Below are positions 59,021 to 64,000 of a stretch of 64,000 bases of DNA, one piece after another. The notes under the pieces were generated by a model. The model saw only the letters and a list, made by a program, of their open reading frames with translations. It searched no databases and was not told the origin of the DNA. The translations under genes were made by a program, and so were the position numbers. How positions within the stretch are numbered: the first letter of the stretch is position 1; each line of letters begins with the position of its first letter. Origin of the DNA: a virus; IMG/VR virus record IMGVR_UViG_3300035698_034402, positions 1 through 64,000 of that record. One strand, 5' to 3'.

Positions 59021-60793
59021 GTGAAGCTCGATCAAACAATAATGAAGCTTCCGCCGGAAGAAGAGCTAGACGACTCGTTAGCTATCCCTCGCGGGTATCT
59101 CTCGGCTTTTGGCAAGCATGTTCCGGTTTACCCCAAGGGGGATTACTCCACTGGCTGGCAGGTGTTGTCGGCTCTAGGTTCGTTCTGGTCGCGGCATTTT
59201 GGGGATCGCGGAGAGTTGCTGGCGCTTTATCGCGGGGAGGCTGCTTTAGCGGTTCAGAGCTACATCGATTACTTGGAAGCGGTAGCCTGTGTCAGTAAAG
59301 AAGAGTGTCCGATTTTCCACCGGCGCACTTGGTACGCTTTAACTATTCTCGAAAGCGAATTGAGCAGCGGCAAAGCCGCTTTGCTGCGCTATGGCGACGC
59401 CCGCGGCGCAGGGTACGGCGAGTCTTACGCTTATGGGACGCCGGTGACCGACGATCTGTTAGTTGTCGATTTGGGCGAGATCAAGCATGTCGGGCTGCTA
59501 ACCAATCGTATTTTGGATCCCAGTCTAACTTGGGTGAATGGGACGGATTACTACCTGGAAGACGGGGCGCTGGCCTTGCGGGCTAATCCTTTTACGGACG
59601 GGCGCTTGCCGGTACAAAATATCTTGGACTCTGCCGGGAAGGTGACCGATCGCCAGGTGGTACTGTGGGGTTTCGACACTCAGCAGGATCACGAGTACCT
59701 CTATCAACACTACGGCTTTGTCCTGCGGTACAAAGCTTCGTCCTCCCAAGGCTACAAGGATCTGATCAACGCGGTCTGGAACGGCTTCGTAGGTGGGTTG
59801 TCCACTCGGGATTTGGAGTGGATGCTTGCTGCACTGGCGGGGATTCCTGCAGTGAAGGAGTCCCAGGAAGTCGTCGAGGCTATTTTGCCTTACGCCTACA
59901 AGACCGTGGTGGTTACCGATCGACACAGCTATATCTACCCTCAGGGTTCCGTGGCCCGGGTGACCGTGGGCGAGCAAGTGTATGTAGGGCAGGCGTTGGT
60001 GGACACGGTTAGCGTATTTGACCTGGCAAACTTCGACGATTGTGTGGATCTTCTCACGCGCCCGTTCGTCAACGACACCGGTAGGGTTGTAACGCGTTAC
60101 ACTTTCGCCGATTCGTCCTCTTCAGAGGGAGCTGTGCAAGCGGTTACTCAGTATTTAGGGCACCGTTCGCCGTCTAAGGTGATCCCGGACGCAGATACTG
60201 CTCCTCTACTGGTATTGTTGCCGATCGGTAAGGGCTTTTTAGGCACAGGCTACCAGGGTCCGCTGGGCTTTATGAACGAGCGCGGGGCCTACGACACTTC
60301 ATCGATGGACGCTGCCGGGCGGATCATCGGTAAGGTGGCCCCGGTGCGGGGGACGGACGCGGACTTGGATTCATTTTGGAATGCTGCGCATTCCGCGGGG
60401 GTGGCCGAAGGCGAAACCTGGCTGCAAAAGCTCAAGCCGCTTCCGACGTACGTGAATCCGGCTGGCTTTGTCATCGAGCATTTTCTGCAGAATCACGGGC
60501 TGGTGGTATATTTGCGGTACACGCGCTTCGATGAAGACGCGCAGAACCTGGGGTTGCTACGTCTGTTGCGCGATACCTTGCCGCCGGAGAAGACGGTTAT
60601 CTTCCTGCTGGATGTGGAGCAAGAAGACGACGGATCGCTGGGGGCGGAGGAGCATAAGAATTGCTACGCTGCGGTCACCAGCGAATGCTCCGTAGGCCAC
60701 GAGCTGCTTTCGTCTTCTTCGGCAGAGACCTGTATGGGCGGTACCCGCATGACGGATGACCCTCAAAGTTATTATGTGAGTCGGTGTGGCTAA
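59021..60793 (+). CDS. baseplate wedge/tail protein
   Basis: Follows the J-like gene; LRD.LP C-terminal motif; Ser tracts. Confidence 0.55.
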   Translation: MKLDQTIMKLPPEEELDDSLAIPRGYLSAFGKHVPVYPKGDYSTGWQVLSALGSFWSRHFGDRGELLALYRGEAALAVQSYIDYLEAVACVSKEECPIFHRRTWYALTILESELSSGKAALLRYGDARGAGYGESYAYGTPVTDDLLVVDLGEIKHVGLLTNRILDPSLTWVNGTDYYLEDGALALRANPFTDGRLPVQNILDSAGKVTDRQVVLWGFDTQQDHEYLYQHYGFVLRYKASSSQGYKDLINAVWNGFVGGLSTRDLEWMLAALAGIPAVKESQEVVEAILPYAYKTVVVTDRHSYIYPQGSVARVTVGEQVYVGQALVDTVSVFDLANFDDCVDLLTRPFVNDTGRVVTRYTFADSSSSEGAVQAVTQYLGHRSPSKVIPDADTAPLLVLLPIGKGFLGTGYQGPLGFMNERGAYDTSSMDAAGRIIGKVAPVRGTDADLDSFWNAAHSAGVAEGETWLQKLKPLPTYVNPAGFVIEHFLQNHGLVVYLRYTRFDEDAQNLGLLRLLRDTLPPEKTVIFLLDVEQEDDGSLGAEEHKNCYAAVTSECSVGHELLSSSSAETCMGGTRMTDDPQSYYVSRCG

Positions 60794-60804
60794 GGATCGA
60801 CATA

Positions 60805-61365
60805 ATGAGTATCGAGCAACCTGGAAGAATCGTTGGCGAAGTAGAGCTTGCTCTGGTAGATCGCTTTGGCCACAAGTTGGCTTCGCTGTACCACGGACGC
60901 AATACCTTAACCTACGAGGGTGCCGATGCAGTAGGGCAGATCTTGGCGGGCACGTTGGAGGGGCGCATCAGCGGCATGTACTTCGGGTTCGACAGCACCG
61001 GGGCCGGAGGTGCGCCGATATCGACCAATGCCTATAGCCGAGCAGCCGACTTTCGTAGTTTGAGTTCGCCTTATGACTTCGTCCGCGTGCGGATGGGCAC
61101 TGGGGTAACCAGCGCCTCGGCCTCTCAATACCAGCACAACCGAGTGATCTTTACCGCGGTAGCCGAGGCGGGCGAGACGGGTTACAACGGCCTGGCTTTT
61201 GCCGGAAGTACCGCGGAAGTTACCCATTTCGGTTTGGTAGTGATCCCAGATTGGAATGACGCGACGCAGGACCTGGTTTACGCGGTCTACAGCCCAGCCG
61301 CGGTGATCGGGGTTCCTGCGAACACTGGCGTGGCTATGCGATGGCAAACAGCTTTCAGCTCGTAG
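60805..61365 (+). CDS. tail/baseplate protein
   Basis: N.LTY.G...V..IL.G N-terminal pattern typical of tail-fibre attachment proteins. Confidence 0.5.
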   Translation: MSIEQPGRIVGEVELALVDRFGHKLASLYHGRNTLTYEGADAVGQILAGTLEGRISGMYFGFDSTGAGGAPISTNAYSRAADFRSLSSPYDFVRVRMGTGVTSASASQYQHNRVIFTAVAEAGETGYNGLAFAGSTAEVTHFGLVVIPDWNDATQDLVYAVYSPAAVIGVPANTGVAMRWQTAFSS

Positions 61366-61374
61366 AGATTTATA

Positions 61375-63192
61375 ATGTCGATATGGCGCGAGAATCTTAG
61401 CCTAATCAGCGACGGCGATACGGTAGACGCGCAAACTACTAATCCACCGCTGATCCAGCTAGCCGAACGTACACAATACCTCAAGAATCGAATGGACGCT
61501 CAGGCCAGCGGTGAGGGGGTTGTGCTCTTTTCCCAAACGTTGGATTCTACGGTTTCCGAGGGCGACGCAGTCTACTATGACATTGTCTCGGAGACCTTCA
61601 AGTCCGCCTTGGCTACTGCCGTCGATACCTCCGGGCAATTGAAGACCGCCCCTTCCGCCTTTGTAGTAGGTGTCGTTATCCGCAAGCTGACGACTACCAG
61701 CGGCGATATCCTCATCCAGGGGCGCTATGGGGACGTAACGCTGACTGATGCAGCGGGTGCGGCCTTGGCCTATGGGAACTACTACTTGTCGGCCAACGAC
61801 GCAGGTAAGCTGGTAAGCACCCGCCCCGCAGTGGGAATTTACGTTTGCGCGGTTACTGATCAGGGCATCATCGTCAACCCCACACCGCGAGAGGTGCTGG
61901 AAGATCATCTGCACTACCGTTTCGAGCTGGATGTCGATCCGGCGGGGCAGGCCATCTGCTACGACGAGAACCGGGTAGGTATCGAATATGCTGATTCCTC
62001 ACGGGAGGGTTGGCTGCCTGCTGATGACGCGGTGTTTCAAGGCGCCGCTTCGACAGGCGCCCAGTTCGGATACAACCTCTGGCAAAACGCCGAGTTGGCC
62101 GCAGCTTGGCCGCCGCAACCTTTAGGCGCAGCTTACCTTGAGCTGAACGGTGTCGGAGTCTCGCAGGATCTGTTCCAGATAGACGCTCACGGGATCTGGT
62201 GGCTGAGCGCCTGCCGCACTCAGGTGCCTTGGGAGAGCAATATCTGCTTGAGCAGCAGCCTGTCAGTTGCCGAGTCAGAGGTCTCGTCCTCCTCGTCCCC
62301 GGCGGCTGCTGCGCCGGTATGCGGTCCGACCACGCGGCGCCTGATCCTGTGGTTCACTACGCTGCTATCTAAGACCGATCAGGCAGCAGTTACCGGGATC
62401 AAGGCAGCTACCAACGAGCCCATCATGGTTACGGGGTGCGCTGAACCAGACGCCAATGGCTACCTCCAGGGGCGCGTTGAAGTAGCACTGAATATGGATT
62501 GGTCGCGAGCGGGAGATACCGCAGGTTCCGAGGTGCTCAAGACCATCACCGGCGACGGAGTCTTGGGAGTCGGCCACGTGGTCGAGGGCATTCGAGGAAC
62601 CGGCCTGATCTCCGCGACGGGTTCCCAGAGGCTCTCTGGAGGCTATTCCGCTGGCTCTGTGACGCTTTCAGGGCTCGACCCTACTCAGATCACCCGAAAA
62701 GTCGACGTGACGCTTGTAGCGCTTGCTGGCGCTGCTGAAGGCATCTACGAAGGGATTGTGCCTTATATCGGGTTGGTAGCCGGAAGGGACAATTCCTTTG
62801 TTGGCCGGGTGCGTGTGGATCAGCTATCCATGACCAGCCCGCGATTGCGATTGACGCTGTGGTTTGCTACTCCGACCGCCGGTACTCCTCCATCTACGGT
62901 GTCGATCGCGTATGCACGGATTGCAGCCGCCGACCTGGTCGGCGAGTCGTCTTCTTCGCTGGTCGGGGGCGGATTTGCCACTTTGCCGACTGCCTGGTCC
63001 AGCGCGGTCAACTTGAGTCTTGAGGATCTGGGTAATGTGGGGGCCGGAGAGTACTTCGCCCGGCGGTCTTTAGATCTCTCGGTGGCCAGCGATGAACTGC
63101 TGCTATTTCGACTAAGACGTTCTGCGACAGGAGGTTACAGCGGAGAACTAGCGGTCGTGAACATGGTGGCCTTACTTTACGATGGGGCGTAA
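61375..63192 (+). CDS. putative tail fibre-associated protein
   Basis: N.PL.QLA.RTQYLK attachment motif; Ser tracts. Confidence 0.6.
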   Translation: MSIWRENLSLISDGDTVDAQTTNPPLIQLAERTQYLKNRMDAQASGEGVVLFSQTLDSTVSEGDAVYYDIVSETFKSALATAVDTSGQLKTAPSAFVVGVVIRKLTTTSGDILIQGRYGDVTLTDAAGAALAYGNYYLSANDAGKLVSTRPAVGIYVCAVTDQGIIVNPTPREVLEDHLHYRFELDVDPAGQAICYDENRVGIEYADSSREGWLPADDAVFQGAASTGAQFGYNLWQNAELAAAWPPQPLGAAYLELNGVGVSQDLFQIDAHGIWWLSACRTQVPWESNICLSSSLSVAESEVSSSSSPAAAAPVCGPTTRRLILWFTTLLSKTDQAAVTGIKAATNEPIMVTGCAEPDANGYLQGRVEVALNMDWSRAGDTAGSEVLKTITGDGVLGVGHVVEGIRGTGLISATGSQRLSGGYSAGSVTLSGLDPTQITRKVDVTLVALAGAAEGIYEGIVPYIGLVAGRDNSFVGRVRVDQLSMTSPRLRLTLWFATPTAGTPPSTVSIAYARIAAADLVGESSSSLVGGGFATLPTAWSSAVNLSLEDLGNVGAGEYFARRSLDLSVASDELLLFRLRRSATGGYSGELAVVNMVALLYDGA

Positions 63193-63194
63193 CG

Positions 63195-64000
63195 ATGGTT
63201 GCTGGAGCCATCACGCATACCGAATGGCTGAACGAGAACCGCAACCGGAGGTACCCCTTCTGGGATTATTGCTCGTTGAGGGATTCCTCCAGCTCGATGC
63301 AGCTGCCTAACGAGCTAATCGTGGATTTGGTCTTCCCGGTTCACGCTCTGGATCAGGACGTTTCTCAGTTCCATCTCAAAGAGCTGGTTGTCTTTGGGGG
63401 CGGAGTAACCATCACCCTGGGGTATGGCGGGGTAGCCATCGCTACTCGGACCATCACCGAGGCCGAGCACACCGAGAACAGGACCTATTGCATCGAGGGC
63501 CTCGGAGATTTCGCCGATAGCGTGGGCCGAATCATCATCGGGCGCTTGGAGGACGTTAAAGATTACGGGGGAAGTTACGCGTTCAACATTGCCGATGCCC
63601 GGCTCTTGCCAACGGTACTCCGCCCCAGTCTCAAAGGAGTCAGCAGTCTGCGGGTGGTTAGCGCAGATAATGACATCAGCGACCTGCTCCAGGGGGATAT
63701 TGAACTGGTAGCGGGCGACAATATCCAGATGACTATTACCGACGCAGGCGGCGGAGTTAAACGTCTGAAGATATCCGCGGTGACCAATTCCGACTTCCAA
63801 GAGAGCTGCGACTGCCCGGACGAGGCCCAGGGCGAGCCGATCAAAACTATCAATGGCGTGAGCCCCAACTCCAACGGGGAGTTTTTTATCACAGGACTCG
63901 ATTGCGTGACTATTGACAACGGTGCGGTAGCTAACGGTATTCGGATCGAGGATGACTGCGCGGAGCCATGCTGCGGCTGCAAGGAGCTGGATGTTCTACG
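63195..64000 (+). CDS. Cys-rich tail protein (truncated by window end)
   Basis: MVAGAITHTEWLNENRNRRYPF...IKTINGVSP...CAEPCCGC; no stop before the window end. Confidence 0.65.
   Translation, partial: MVAGAITHTEWLNENRNRRYPFWDYCSLRDSSSSMQLPNELIVDLVFPVHALDQDVSQFHLKELVVFGGGVTITLGYGGVAIATRTITEAEHTENRTYCIEGLGDFADSVGRIIIGRLEDVKDYGGSYAFNIADARLLPTVLRPSLKGVSSLRVVSADNDISDLLQGDIELVAGDNIQMTITDAGGGVKRLKISAVTNSDFQESCDCPDEAQGEPIKTINGVSPNSNGEFFITGLDCVTIDNGAVANGIRIEDDCAEPCCGCKELDVL

Noticed and set aside
1-64000. tRNA or rRNA genes, terminase, DNA polymerase, endolysin
   Set aside because: None recognised by eye; they probably lie outside the window, and tRNAscan was not run

Overview
This window is the morphogenesis region of a large contractile-tailed (myovirus-like) dsDNA phage; all credible genes are on the + strand and many are translationally coupled. 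Gene order: putative portal; Gly-rich putative internal head proteins; a 2H phosphoesterase fusion and a LigD-phosphoesterase/ATP-dependent ligase fusion; a phage-encoded multisubunit RNA polymerase (beta fused to beta'-N with an intein, beta'-C as a separate gene); a free-standing intein-derived LAGLIDADG nuclease; prohead protease, scaffold and major capsid; Ser-rich surface proteins; neck, sheath, tube and baseplate spike; an IsrB plus omegaRNA insertion; a frameshifting tail chaperone; tape measure; and baseplate genes with an embedded sigma-70-like factor. Three patterns stand out. (1) A K-x-A motif saturates head-associated proteins and brackets enzyme domains, suggesting protease-released cargo injected with the DNA (Acb1-like phosphodiesterase, end-healing ligase). 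(2) Short poly-Ser tracts, often Cys-flanked, occur mostly in outer virion proteins. (3) The RNAP architecture is unusual. All product calls come from motif recognition by eye and gene order, without database searches. The host cannot be determined from this window.
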